From Candidatus Auribacterota bacterium (GTDB lineage: Bacteria > Auribacterota > Tritonobacteria > UBA1439), in assembly GCA_026392015.1 (NCBI GenBank), contig JAPLCW010000174.1, positions 1-64,000 on the forward strand: a DNA stretch of 64,000 nucleotides, given 5' to 3'. The position numbers were made by a program, and so were the translations under genes. This document shows, piece by piece, positions 1 to 9,433 of this stretch; position 1 is the first letter of the stretch, and each line of letters begins with the position of its first letter. The notes under the pieces were generated by a model that saw only the letters and a list, made by a program, of their open reading frames with translations, ran no database searches and was not told the origin of the DNA.

Positions 1-146
1 GCGCCTCAGGCGCAAGGAGGTGAACCAGCAACTAAACCGGTTGACAGAGACCCGAAAAAGGAGCATAAACAACCAAGGTCAGGCGGCACTTTATAGTGTA
101 ATTCCATGACCTTTGGTCTCATTGTTCCAGAAACGGCCCGCTGCCG

Positions 147-968
147 ATGAAAAGGAAAGACGGCAGTGTCTTTTACGCGGATATAAGCACGTCGCAGATA
201 ACCTTATTCGGCAGAAAACATCTTATGGGAATTTTCCGGGATATCACCGAGCGCATGCAGGCAGAATCCGCTCGTATGGAAACGATAAAGGCAAAATCAG
301 ATTTTACCGGCATGGTTTCCCACGAATTAAGAACACCCCTCGCCGCTATCAAGGAAGGTGTCTCTGTGGTTTTAGATAAAATAGTCGGAAGCATTAACGA
401 CGAGCAGAAAAAATATCTGGAAATCACCCAAAAGAACGTGGACAGGCTGCATAGGTTGATAAACGGAATTTTAGATTTTCAGAAGCTCGAATCCGGAAAA
501 ATGGAATTTAAGATGGCAGACAATGATATGAATGAAATAGTTACGGATATACAGAGTACAATGATGATCTTATTCAGGAAGAAGGGTTTGGTTTTCGAGC
601 TTCAGCTCTGCGACAATCTTCCCCAAGTGAAGTTCGATAGGGATAAAATTATTCAAGTTTTAACAAATTTGACAAATAACGCCCTTAAATGTACCGACAA
701 GGGCGGTATTACGATTGGTACCAGGAGAGGAGATAATTTTATTCAAGTTATGGTTAAAGATACGGGTATAGGAATTAAAAAAGAAAATATGCAAAAACTA
801 TTCAAAGAATTCACGCAATTACAGAGAAAGGTAGGCGGTACAGGCCTGGGCCTTTCCATTTGCAGGAAACTAATAGAAGCGCATAAAGGAAGAATTTGGG
901 CAGAGTCGGAATTTGGCAGAGGCACAGCTTTTTATTTTACCTTGCCCATCGAAGAACGGAGAGCATGA
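147..968 (+). CDS. Sensor histidine kinase catalytic core (HisKA + HATPase_c); N-terminally truncated paralog of the kinase at 3082-6531
   Basis: H-box MVSHELRTPL and HATPase G-boxes (DTGIGI, GGTGLGLSI) are present and the C-terminal half aligns with the HK at 3082-6531. The first ~35 aa look like the C-terminal half of a PAS domain (RKDGSVFYADIS...FRDITER). In-frame stops lie at 21-23, 33-35, 42-44, 66-68 and 99-101 upstream, so the sensor part is missing or frameshifted. Confidence 0.75.
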   Translation: MKRKDGSVFYADISTSQITLFGRKHLMGIFRDITERMQAESARMETIKAKSDFTGMVSHELRTPLAAIKEGVSVVLDKIVGSINDEQKKYLEITQKNVDRLHRLINGILDFQKLESGKMEFKMADNDMNEIVTDIQSTMMILFRKKGLVFELQLCDNLPQVKFDRDKIIQVLTNLTNNALKCTDKGGITIGTRRGDNFIQVMVKDTGIGIKKENMQKLFKEFTQLQRKVGGTGLGLSICRKLIEAHKGRIWAESEFGRGTAFYFTLPIEERRA

Positions 969-1009
969 CCCTCCAAAATTTTTCCATTCATTTTATTTAG
1001 GCAAAAGAA

Positions 1010-1273
1010 ATGTACTATGTGTATATTTTGCAAAGTGAACGGGACAACAATTTATATATAGGTTATACAAATAATCTTAAAGAGCGTATTTTATTGCATA
1101 ATACCGGTAAAGTTTTTTCAACAAAAAATAGAACACCACTTCAGTTGATTTACTATGAGGCATTTATGGATAAAAAAGATGCATCTGAGAGAGAAAAATG
1201 GCTAAAAACAGGATGGGGGCATAATCAAATCAGAAAAATTTTAAGCAATTACTTAAATAATAAAAATTTATAG
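1010..1273 (+). CDS. Small GIY-YIG nuclease-superfamily protein (UPF0213/YhbQ-like)
   Basis: N-terminal YVYILQS...LYIGYTNNLKERILLHN matches the GIY-YIG motif. The gene is conspicuously AT-rich compared with its neighbours. It sits between a kinase and its response regulator. Confidence 0.65.
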   Translation: MYYVYILQSERDNNLYIGYTNNLKERILLHNTGKVFSTKNRTPLQLIYYEAFMDKKDASEREKWLKTGWGHNQIRKILSNYLNNKNL

Positions 1274-1295
1274 GTGAAAAATTTAGGAGGGTGCT

Positions 1296-1676
1296 ATGGC
1301 AAAAAAGATTCTTGTTGTTGATGATGAGCCGAACATTATGGATGTTGCAACAGTCAGATTGAAGCGCCTGGGGTATGAAATCATATCTGCCTTTGATGCC
1401 GAGAAGGCGCTGACTTTTCTGCAAAATGTTACTCCCGATTTAATATTACTGGATCTGCTCTTACCCCAAATGCAGGGGGATGAACTTTGTAAAAAGCTGA
1501 AATCTGATGACAAATTCAAACATATCCCCATTATCATATTTACCGCCAGTGCCATCCGCACCAGCCTTCCTGAAAAGATAAAAGAAATGGGCGCAGATGA
1601 TTGCATAATGAAACCATTTGACCCGGAAGAATTATTAGGAAAGGTGACGGGAAAGGTGAATAAATTTATACGATAG
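1296..1676 (+). CDS. Single-domain response regulator (CheY-like receiver)
   Basis: Acidic pocket VVDDE and phospho-acceptor D in LILLDLLLP; T and K motifs (IIIFTAS, MKPF). RBS AGGAGG lies upstream. It is 70% similar to the regulator at 6506-6868. Confidence 0.85.
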   Translation: MAKKILVVDDEPNIMDVATVRLKRLGYEIISAFDAEKALTFLQNVTPDLILLDLLLPQMQGDELCKKLKSDDKFKHIPIIIFTASAIRTSLPEKIKEMGADDCIMKPFDPEELLGKVTGKVNKFIR

Positions 1677-1738
1677 CGGATCCAAGATAATAATTTTGAT
1701 GAACATCAGAAGCACATTGGACAACAGGGAACAACTGT

Positions 1739-3085
1739 ATGTGCTCAAAGAAGATTTTCTTTTATCCCGCTGTGGCTTTTGCGGTTTTGCTGGTATTCGC
1801 ATTTGCCCTATCTCTTGTTGAGAAATCTCCTGCTTTCCCTGCACACCACCCCACCATCAAAGTCGGAATACTCCATTCCCTCACCGGCACAATGGCCATC
1901 AGTGAGAAATCGGTAGCGGATGCCACTTTGCTCGCGCTGGAAGAGATCAACAAAACAGGCGGTGTGCTGGGAATGAAGATAGAACCTGTGATCGCCGATG
2001 GGAAATCAGACCCGGATGTCTTTCAAAAAGAGGCCGAGCGGCTTATTGCTAAAGAGAACGTGAAGGTCATTTTCGGATGCTGGACATCGGCCAGCCGCAA
2101 GGCGGTCAAAGCCATCGTTGAGAAATACAATTCTCTCCTATTCTATCCAGTCCAATATGAAGGGTTGGAACAGTCCCCGAATATCGTATATATGGGAGCG
2201 GCGCCCAACCAGCAGATCATTCCCGCGGTTAAATGGTCCTGCGATAATTTGGGCAAAAGCTTTTTCCTGGTCGGATCGGATTATGTATTTCCCAGGGTGG
2301 CCAATGAAATAGCGAAGGATATCATTGGCCTTGTGGGGGGCAAGGTTGTCGGGGAGGAATACGTCCCGCTGGGCGGCAAGGATTTTAACGGCATCGCGAG
2401 GAAGATAAAGGAAACAAAACCCGAAGTCATTTTGAACACCATTAACGGCGACAGCAATATCGCTTTCCTGATGGCATTGCATGAGGCGGAAGTCCCGTCC
2501 GCGAAAGCGCAGATCATGTCGCTCAGCATGGCTGAAAATGAATTACAGAGCTTTAAGGATTATTTTCAGAAACATTATCCGCAGGAGGCGGGTCATTTTA
2601 TTGAAAAGCACCTCGCCGGAATGTACGCCTGCTGGAACTATTTTGAAACGATCGACAACCCCTTGAATCTGGATTTTATCGCGAAATTCAGGCAACAGTA
2701 CGGCAAAAACTATAAGGTGACCGATCCCATGGAGGCCGCCTATTTTGGGGTGTATCTATGGAGCAAGGCCGTCAATGAGTGCAAAGACGTTGATAATCCT
2801 GAAAATATCCTGAATTATCTGGGCGATATAAGCATTCCGGCCCCCGAAGGCATTATCACCATTGCGGATAATAATCATGCGCGGAAAACCGTCCGCATCG
2901 GCCGGCTCAATGAGAGAGGGGACTTTGATATTATCTGGAGTTCAAAGAACCCCGTGGATCCGGTTCCATATCCTTCTTTCAGGGACAAAACCTCCTGGGA
3001 ACATTTTCTTAATGAACTTTATCAAAAATGGAACGGCCACTGGAGCAGTATCGCGGAGCCATTTGATTCCGGAGGGAGCCGATGA
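1739..3085 (+). CDS. Periplasmic substrate-binding protein, type-1 PBP fold (UrtA/AmiC/Liv family)
   Basis: Signal peptide, then IKVGILHSLTGTMAISE (UrtA-like motif) and the GCWTSASRKAV region. Its stop overlaps the downstream kinase start (ATGA). Confidence 0.75.
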   Translation: MCSKKIFFYPAVAFAVLLVFAFALSLVEKSPAFPAHHPTIKVGILHSLTGTMAISEKSVADATLLALEEINKTGGVLGMKIEPVIADGKSDPDVFQKEAERLIAKENVKVIFGCWTSASRKAVKAIVEKYNSLLFYPVQYEGLEQSPNIVYMGAAPNQQIIPAVKWSCDNLGKSFFLVGSDYVFPRVANEIAKDIIGLVGGKVVGEEYVPLGGKDFNGIARKIKETKPEVILNTINGDSNIAFLMALHEAEVPSAKAQIMSLSMAENELQSFKDYFQKHYPQEAGHFIEKHLAGMYACWNYFETIDNPLNLDFIAKFRQQYGKNYKVTDPMEAAYFGVYLWSKAVNECKDVDNPENILNYLGDISIPAPEGIITIADNNHARKTVRIGRLNERGDFDIIWSSKNPVDPVPYPSFRDKTSWEHFLNELYQKWNGHWSSIAEPFDSGGSR

Positions 3086-6000
3086 AACCCCCGGGAAAAT
3101 CAAAACTCTCCAGAAGAATATTCGTATATTTCTTTATCGTCTCGGCGCTGCCCTTGTTATTCATGGCCATTGCCAGCTATCATGTCTTCTCCCGGTCACT
3201 GGAGGAGCACATTCGCAACAAGCTGATCGCTATCAGTGACGGCCGGCAGGCGGCTCTTAAACAAACCATATACGGCATATCAAGGTTTATCACTGAAAGG
3301 GCCTCGGGCCCCACGCCCGTCACGGGATTTGAAAAATTTACCGCGGCATTTGCATCATCCGGGATTCAAAGTGAAGAACATAAAGCCCTTGATTCACATT
3401 ATAGGGAAGCGTTCCAGAGATATTTTGACGTAAACGATTATATCTACGACATGCTTTTTGTTTCAAATGAGGGAAATGTCATATTTTCGATGAAGCATGA
3501 AAGCGATTTCGGACAAAACATCAACAGCCCTCTTTTGAAAACCACGGCACTTTTCGGACTCGTGAACACCGTGAATACCGTGTTAAGCACCTCCTTTTCT
3601 GATTTTGACTTTTACCCACCGTCCCATCAAGCCGCTCTATTCGCCGCCACTCCTGCCTTTGGGGAAGGCAAATTGCTCGGTGTGATGGTACTTCAGATCA
3701 AGCCTGAAATATTTTATGCATTCGCGCAAAATTACGTCGGGTTGCCTAAAAGCGGAGAAATCACTTTCGCAAAACGCGTCGGAGATGAAGTTGTATATAC
3801 CACACCACTTCGCTTTAAACCCGATGCCGCGCTCAACTACAAGATCAAGATCGGCTCTCACATCGCCGTTCCCATGCAGAAAGCTGTCAGCGGAGAAACA
3901 GGTATCGGGTTTTCAACGGATTACCGGGGGAAAAGCGTTCTCGCCAGATGGCAATATATCCCGCAGTTGCACTGGGGCATGATCGTTAAGGTAGATACAG
4001 ATGAGGTATTCCGATCAATTCATCAGTTAAGAAATTTATATATAATTCTTTTTTGCATTCTGATAGGCCTTATTTTAATGGCCTCTTTTGTGGTCGCCCG
4101 CACTATCTGCGGTCCCATCGAAACGGTCCGCGACGGCCTGAAGATAATCGGAGGCGGCAACCTTGGCCATAGAATCAATATTGCGCGCAATGACGAGATC
4201 GGGGAGCTGGCGGAGGACGTGGGTGCGATGGCGGAAAATTTGCAGCACACGACCGCTTCCATAGATAAACTCAACAAAGAAATCACCCAGCGCAAGAAAG
4301 TCGAGGAGGCGCTTCAAGAAAGCGAGCGCACGGTTCGGGCGATCCTTGACCAGACGTTCCAGTTCATCGGACTGATGACCGTTGACGGAGTCCTAATAGA
4401 CGCAAACAAGGCGGCATTAAAATTTGCCGGGATCGAGGAATCACAGGTTTTGAACAAGCCTTTTTGGGAAACGCCCTGGTGGACACACTCAGCGGAATTG
4501 CAGAATAAACTGCGCGACGCCGTCAAGAAAGTGGCACGGGGGGAATTTATACGTTTTGAGGCGACACACATGTTGAAAGGCGGCGGCCTTCATTATGTCG
4601 ATTTTTCACTTAAACCGGTCAAGGATGACGCAGGCACCGTCATCTTTATGATCCCGGAAGGCCGCGATATTACCGACCGCAAAAAAGTGGAAGAGAGGCT
4701 GCGCAGCAGCGAGGCGTGGCTTTCCGTCACTCTCAAGAGCATCGGCGACGCGGTTATCGCCACCGATACAAAAGGCCGTATCACGTTTGTTAATCCTGTC
4801 GCCTCGCGGTTGACCGGCTGGAGTCAGGAAGAAGCGACGGGCATGCCGCTCAAAGAGGTCTTTCACATTGTCAACGAAGAGACAGGCGCGCCCGTTGAAA
4901 ATCCGGCGACCCGGGTACTGAAAGAAGGCGTGGTTGTCGGGCTTGGGAACCATACGATATTGTTAGCCAAGAACGGAACAAGGTGCCCGATCGATGACAG
5001 CGCCGCGCCTATCATGGATGACGGACAGATCATCGGAGTGGTCTTGATTTTCCGCGATATCACTGAGCGCAGGAGGGCGGAAGAAAAGATCGCGCGCGCG
5101 AACAGGGAATGGGCGAATACGTTCGATTCCATATCGGATTTTGTCTTCATCCTAAATAACGACAGCACCATTGCAAAAGTGAACAGGTCTTTTCTCGACG
5201 TCCTCCATCTGGAAGAAAAGGATGTCGTGGGCAAGAAGTGCTACGAAATTGTTCACAAGACAACAACGCCATGGCCGGAATGTCCACATCAAAAAACACT
5301 GCTCAATAGAAAGCCGCAGACGGAAGAGGTGGACGACCCGGGAGTGGGCCTGCCGCTTCAAGTCAGCGTTTCGCCGATCTTCGACGAGCAAGGCGAATTG
5401 TTAGGCTCGGTCCATATCGCCAGGGATATCAGCAGCACGAGAAAAGCGGACGCGGCACTGAGGGAATCCGAAGAGAAATACCGCAGTCTTGTGGAAAACA
5501 TGATGGACGTAATATACGCCATGGACGCCGAGGGGAAAGTGACGGCCATCAACCAGGCGGTAAAGACTAACTACGGCTACGAACCGGAGGAGGTTCTCGG
5601 CAGGAATTTTTTGGAGTTCCACAAAAAGGAAGTTTATGCCCCGGTAGTGGAAAATTTCCACCATATACTTAAGGGAGAAAAGGTTCTCGGCGAGGCCATT
5701 ATTATTGATAAACAGGGGCTGGAACATAACGTTGAATTCTCCGGGGTGCCAATAGTAAGAGATGGAATAGTCGCCGGCGTGAGAGGTATGATGAGAGATG
5801 TCACCGAACGCAAGAAGATATTGGAGCAGAAAAACAATTTTATGAATATGGTATCTCATGAGCTGAGAACGCCTTTAACTTCCATTAAGGAGGGTATTTC
5901 TCTCGTCGCGGAAGGCATCGCGGGACCTATCAACCCGCAACAAAAAGAGTTGTTGGATATCGGGAAACAAAACATCGACAGGCTCTCGCGATTGATAAAC

Positions 6001-6531
6001 CAAGTTCTGGATTTTCAGGCAATCGACTCTGGCAGTATGCAATTCAGCTTCAGGGAAAATGACATAAATCGTGCGGTCAAGGAAGCCCGCGCATCTCTGC
6101 TGTCGCTCGCAACGAAAAAAGGAATACAGCTCAATCTCGCGCTTGATGAGAGCCTGCCCCTCATTAAATTTGATAAGGATAAAATCCTGGGGGTATTGAT
6201 CAATCTGCTCAACAATGCCCTGAAATTCACGGAAAAAGGAAGCATCACGATCACTACCGAACGCGGAGACAATATCATTAAAGTCTCCATTAAAGACACC
6301 GGTATCGGAATCAAAGAAGAGGACATGCCCAAGCTGTTCCAGCGTTTTTCTCAGGTAAAAAGAAAAGCCGGCGGGTCGGGATTAGGGCTCGCCATTTCCA
6401 AAGAGATCATAGAGGCCCACAACGGCAAGATAGGGGCGAAATCGGAGTTCGGCAAGGGAACGACGCTTCATTTTATCCTGCCGATCAAAGAGAGAAGGCT
6501 GCACTATGAAGAAAACAATCCTGATAGTTGA
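3082..6531 (+). CDS. Multi-sensor histidine kinase: TM, periplasmic sensor (~270 aa), TM, HAMP, coiled coil, 4 PAS domains, HisKA, HATPase_c
   Basis: Two hydrophobic segments flank a periplasmic domain. HAMP (GELAEDVGAMAENL). Four PAS-like blocks. The third PAS carries KCYEIVHKTTTPWPECPHQ. H-box MVSHELRTPL and HATPase G1/G2 boxes. Confidence 0.9.
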   Translation: MKPPGKSKLSRRIFVYFFIVSALPLLFMAIASYHVFSRSLEEHIRNKLIAISDGRQAALKQTIYGISRFITERASGPTPVTGFEKFTAAFASSGIQSEEHKALDSHYREAFQRYFDVNDYIYDMLFVSNEGNVIFSMKHESDFGQNINSPLLKTTALFGLVNTVNTVLSTSFSDFDFYPPSHQAALFAATPAFGEGKLLGVMVLQIKPEIFYAFAQNYVGLPKSGEITFAKRVGDEVVYTTPLRFKPDAALNYKIKIGSHIAVPMQKAVSGETGIGFSTDYRGKSVLARWQYIPQLHWGMIVKVDTDEVFRSIHQLRNLYIILFCILIGLILMASFVVARTICGPIETVRDGLKIIGGGNLGHRINIARNDEIGELAEDVGAMAENLQHTTASIDKLNKEITQRKKVEEALQESERTVRAILDQTFQFIGLMTVDGVLIDANKAALKFAGIEESQVLNKPFWETPWWTHSAELQNKLRDAVKKVARGEFIRFEATHMLKGGGLHYVDFSLKPVKDDAGTVIFMIPEGRDITDRKKVEERLRSSEAWLSVTLKSIGDAVIATDTKGRITFVNPVASRLTGWSQEEATGMPLKEVFHIVNEETGAPVENPATRVLKEGVVVGLGNHTILLAKNGTRCPIDDSAAPIMDDGQIIGVVLIFRDITERRRAEEKIARANREWANTFDSISDFVFILNNDSTIAKVNRSFLDVLHLEEKDVVGKKCYEIVHKTTTPWPECPHQKTLLNRKPQTEEVDDPGVGLPLQVSVSPIFDEQGELLGSVHIARDISSTRKADAALRESEEKYRSLVENMMDVIYAMDAEGKVTAINQAVKTNYGYEPEEVLGRNFLEFHKKEVYAPVVENFHHILKGEKVLGEAIIIDKQGLEHNVEFSGVPIVRDGIVAGVRGMMRDVTERKKILEQKNNFMNMVSHELRTPLTSIKEGISLVAEGIAGPINPQQKELLDIGKQNIDRLSRLINQVLDFQAIDSGSMQFSFRENDINRAVKEARASLLSLATKKGIQLNLALDESLPLIKFDKDKILGVLINLLNNALKFTEKGSITITTERGDNIIKVSIKDTGIGIKEEDMPKLFQRFSQVKRKAGGSGLGLAISKEIIEAHNGKIGAKSEFGKGTTLHFILPIKERRLHYEENNPDS

Positions 6532-6868
6532 TGATGAGCGTGATGTGCTCTCCGTTCTGAAACTGAGATTGCAGAGTTCGGGCTATAGGATTTTAGTCGC
6601 GGAGAGTGCCGAAGAGGCGCTTGACATACTCAAGAAAAATACCCCGGACCTGATATTTATGGATCTGCTCTTGCCCAAAATGCAAGGAGTGGAAGTGTGC
6701 AAAAGGTTAAAATCGGACGACAAATTTCGGCACATACCCATTATTCTCTTTACCGCAAGCACTATGGACGTCGCGGAAAAGGTCAAGGAAGCACATGCGG
6801 ATGACTATCTGCTGAAACCTTTTGAACCGGAAGCCCTGTTATCCAAGATCAGGAAGTTTATAGGTTGA
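6506..6868 (+). CDS. Single-domain response regulator (CheY-like), paralog of 1296-1676
   Basis: REC motifs (IVDDE, FMDLLLP, ILFTAS, LLKPF). It overlaps the kinase 3' end by 26 nt. Confidence 0.85.
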   Translation: MKKTILIVDDERDVLSVLKLRLQSSGYRILVAESAEEALDILKKNTPDLIFMDLLLPKMQGVEVCKRLKSDDKFRHIPIILFTASTMDVAEKVKEAHADDYLLKPFEPEALLSKIRKFIG

Positions 6869-7276
6869 TTCATCAACCGGAACAGAAATCATACACGCTT
6901 TGCCCCCGATCGCCGGTGACCTGAACGCGCCGCCGGGCGGGAAGAAGCATTCGGGAAAGGAGAAATATAAATTGTGACAGACCGGCTCGATATGCATGGA
7001 AAGTCGGGCAGGGCAGGGAACATCTGTCTTTGTGCACCTGCGGAAAGAAAGAAAAATAAGGATAAGGCAAGGCCTCGGTCTCAGGGAGGCATGTCACTCC
7101 CGCCCCTGTATAACTGAGAATGTGCGAAAAAATAAGATTCCTGAACTTGGTTATTTGCATATCTATTGTGGGGGCTTGATTTATCAAGCCCTTTAGGGAG
7201 GGTCGGATGAATCCGACCCCTACAGCAATGCGCAAAACTATTTTTTTTCCACACCTTCTGAGGGGATACAGGATAA

Positions 7277-7537
7277 GTGAACAGAGCCAATAAACGCTGG
7301 CAGGTCTACATCATCCAATGCAAGGACGGGACTCTCTACACCGGCGTCACCAATAATCTCGCGCATCGCATCGATGCCCACAATTGTGGCAAGGGCTGCC
7401 GCTACACGAAATGCAGGCGGCCCGTGAAGCTGCTCCATGCCGCATCGTTCCCCGATAAATCAGCGGCTATGCGGCGCGAAGCAGAGATCAAGAAATGGAG
7501 CAGGAGAGAAAAGGAGGAGTTTCTGGGGAAGAAGTAA
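7277..7537 (+). CDS. Small GIY-YIG nuclease-superfamily protein
   Basis: WQVYIIQCKDGTLYTGVTNNLAHRIDAHN matches the GIY-YIG motif. Second copy of this family, again next to a kinase / response-regulator pair. Confidence 0.6.
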   Translation: MNRANKRWQVYIIQCKDGTLYTGVTNNLAHRIDAHNCGKGCRYTKCRRPVKLLHAASFPDKSAAMRREAEIKKWSRREKEEFLGKK

Positions 7538-7987
7538 CAATGTTTTTCTCCGGAGTTAACGCTGTCCCATTACCCCTAATCCCTAACTACTGACTACTAA
7601 CTACTGTTTCCCAGCTGAGACTTTAGTCGAAACTTGTAGCCGAGACTTTAGTCTCGGAGGAGACAGGCGGAATCCCTTATCGCATATTCATCACTGCTAT
7701 TGCCTATCGCTTCTCCCAGGCGAAGCTTCGCCAGTACACTGTTAAAGTAGTTTTTGCTGATATAAATGCCGTAAGCATTATGTCATTGCGAGGATCCCGC
7801 CGAGGCGGGAGACGAAGCAATCTTTTTTTATCTTTTAGCAACGAGATTGCTGCGCCCTTTGGGCTCGCAATGACAGGTTACCTCGTAAGAATTAACTTAA
7901 CAGTGTACTAGCTACTGCAGTACGATTTTCCCGCTCGCCTGAGAAACGCGTCTTCGCGGCCTTTGATCAACTTGCTTCGTAACTGCT

Positions 7988-8125
7988 CTTGAGCCAGAAT
8001 TCAGAAGACAGAATACAGAATTCAGGAGACAGGAGATAAACGTTTCCTTGAAATGCCGCTATTCTTAATTCTGGATTCTGTATTCTGTCTTTTCCATTCT
8101 GGCTCCTGACTTCTGACTACCTGAG
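7988..8125. repeat. MITE-like palindromic element, copy A
   Basis: Arms are made of degenerate CAGAATN / CAGGAGN heptamers around a core AGGAGATAAACGTTTCCTTGAAATG. The same element occurs inverted at ~34216-34372 and ~40478-40650. Confidence 0.8.
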
Positions 8126-8241
8126 TAGTTACCTTGCTTCTATTGAAAGCCCGGGATACTCGGGTGAAAAAGCTATTGCGTGAGGTGATGCTTCTGCTAC
8201 AATGAAACCGCATGAAAGAAGCGGGCAGGAGGGCATGAATA

Positions 8242-9393
8242 ATGAACTACAGGGATATTCTGGATCTAGCCTGTGCCGGTATCGGGGCGGTTGCTTTTAT
8301 TCTTCTCCTCGTGAAGCGCAGCGTGAAGGTTATCGAGCGCCGCGTCGCTCTGACTCTCCTCTCCATTCTCCTCACCACGCTTGCCTACCTTCTCTACAGC
8401 GGTTACCAGTACCGGGTCTCCCCTGATTTGCTGGCGTCGCTCATGATCATCGAACTTGGGGTTTTCGCCCGAATCTACGATTCGTACAGAACCTTCCGTA
8501 GCCTCTCGGGAACGCTGCGGAATCTCGGCAATATCTATATCTTTGCGGGCGTCGTCTGCCTGCTCTCACGGAGCACAGGTTTCTCCCCGCTCCTCTGGGC
8601 GCTCCCTGTAATCCTCTTCTCGCTCGGCTATTTCTTCATGAAGAAGAGAAGGGGACTCGGAAACCTCTGCAAGGGCCTGGGAGTGCTCATATCCGTCGCC
8701 TTTGTCGCCTCAATCCTCTACGACGCGCGCGCCGGGGCAATACCCGGGCAAGGCGCAGCGCTTCTCCGGGGACACCTGCTTCCAGACATTATGAATCCTT
8801 CCTTCGTTGAGGAGCTCAACGCACTTAACAAGAAATTATCCGTCGCAGACGCTGAAAAGGCGCGCCTCTCCGAGAAACTCATCCTAACGAAAAAGGAATC
8901 CGAGAAGCTGACACAAGAGAAGAATGCGATTGAGGGGAAACTCGCGGAGATGGGCAAGGCGCGCGCGAATGAATCCTCTGAGCGGGAGACGCTCAAGACC
9001 GAGAAACAGAAGCTCCAGGAGCTCCTCAATAAAGAGACGGCAGCCAGGAACGATGCCAAGCATAAACTCGAGGAAGCAAAGGTGGCGGGCAAAGAAGGCT
9101 TCACCGCGATTGAAGAGAAACTGAAGCTCGCGGCTGACAACCTCAAGAAGGTGATGGAAGAGAAAACAGCCCTCACCGCGGAACTTCAGTCCCTCAGGGC
9201 CGCCTCACCGATGGCAACGCCCGGCTCTCAATCTGTAGATGTGCAAGAGATGAAGAAGAGACTCGCGGACAGGGAAGGAGAGCTTGCCGCCGTCACCCTG
9301 GAGAGAGATAGATTAAAGAAGATTGTCGGAAAGATCGAAGACGCACTGCCGACCGGGATGCCCTCGCCACAAGTGCCGGGGGCGGGGAACTGA
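8242..9393 (+). CDS. Membrane-anchored protein with long C-terminal coiled coil (hypothetical)
   Basis: 4-5 N-terminal hydrophobic helices, then K/E-rich heptad-like sequence (LSEKLILTKKESEKLTQEKNAIEGKLAEMGK...). No recognised catalytic motif. Confidence 0.5.
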   Translation: MNYRDILDLACAGIGAVAFILLLVKRSVKVIERRVALTLLSILLTTLAYLLYSGYQYRVSPDLLASLMIIELGVFARIYDSYRTFRSLSGTLRNLGNIYIFAGVVCLLSRSTGFSPLLWALPVILFSLGYFFMKKRRGLGNLCKGLGVLISVAFVASILYDARAGAIPGQGAALLRGHLLPDIMNPSFVEELNALNKKLSVADAEKARLSEKLILTKKESEKLTQEKNAIEGKLAEMGKARANESSERETLKTEKQKLQELLNKETAARNDAKHKLEEAKVAGKEGFTAIEEKLKLAADNLKKVMEEKTALTAELQSLRAASPMATPGSQSVDVQEMKKRLADREGELAAVTLERDRLKKIVGKIEDALPTGMPSPQVPGAGN

Positions 9394-9433
9394 GCATCTT
9401 CCGGACAGCGGATCCACTACTGATGAGGATCTT

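Noticed and set aside
9323-9433. ORF-track start at 9323 for the MTA phosphorylase
   Set aside because: The extra 37 aa (MSERSKTHCRPGCPRH...) are Arg/Cys-rich and non-homologous. They overlap the 3' end of the upstream coiled-coil gene. The conserved MTAP N-terminus begins at the ATG at 9434.
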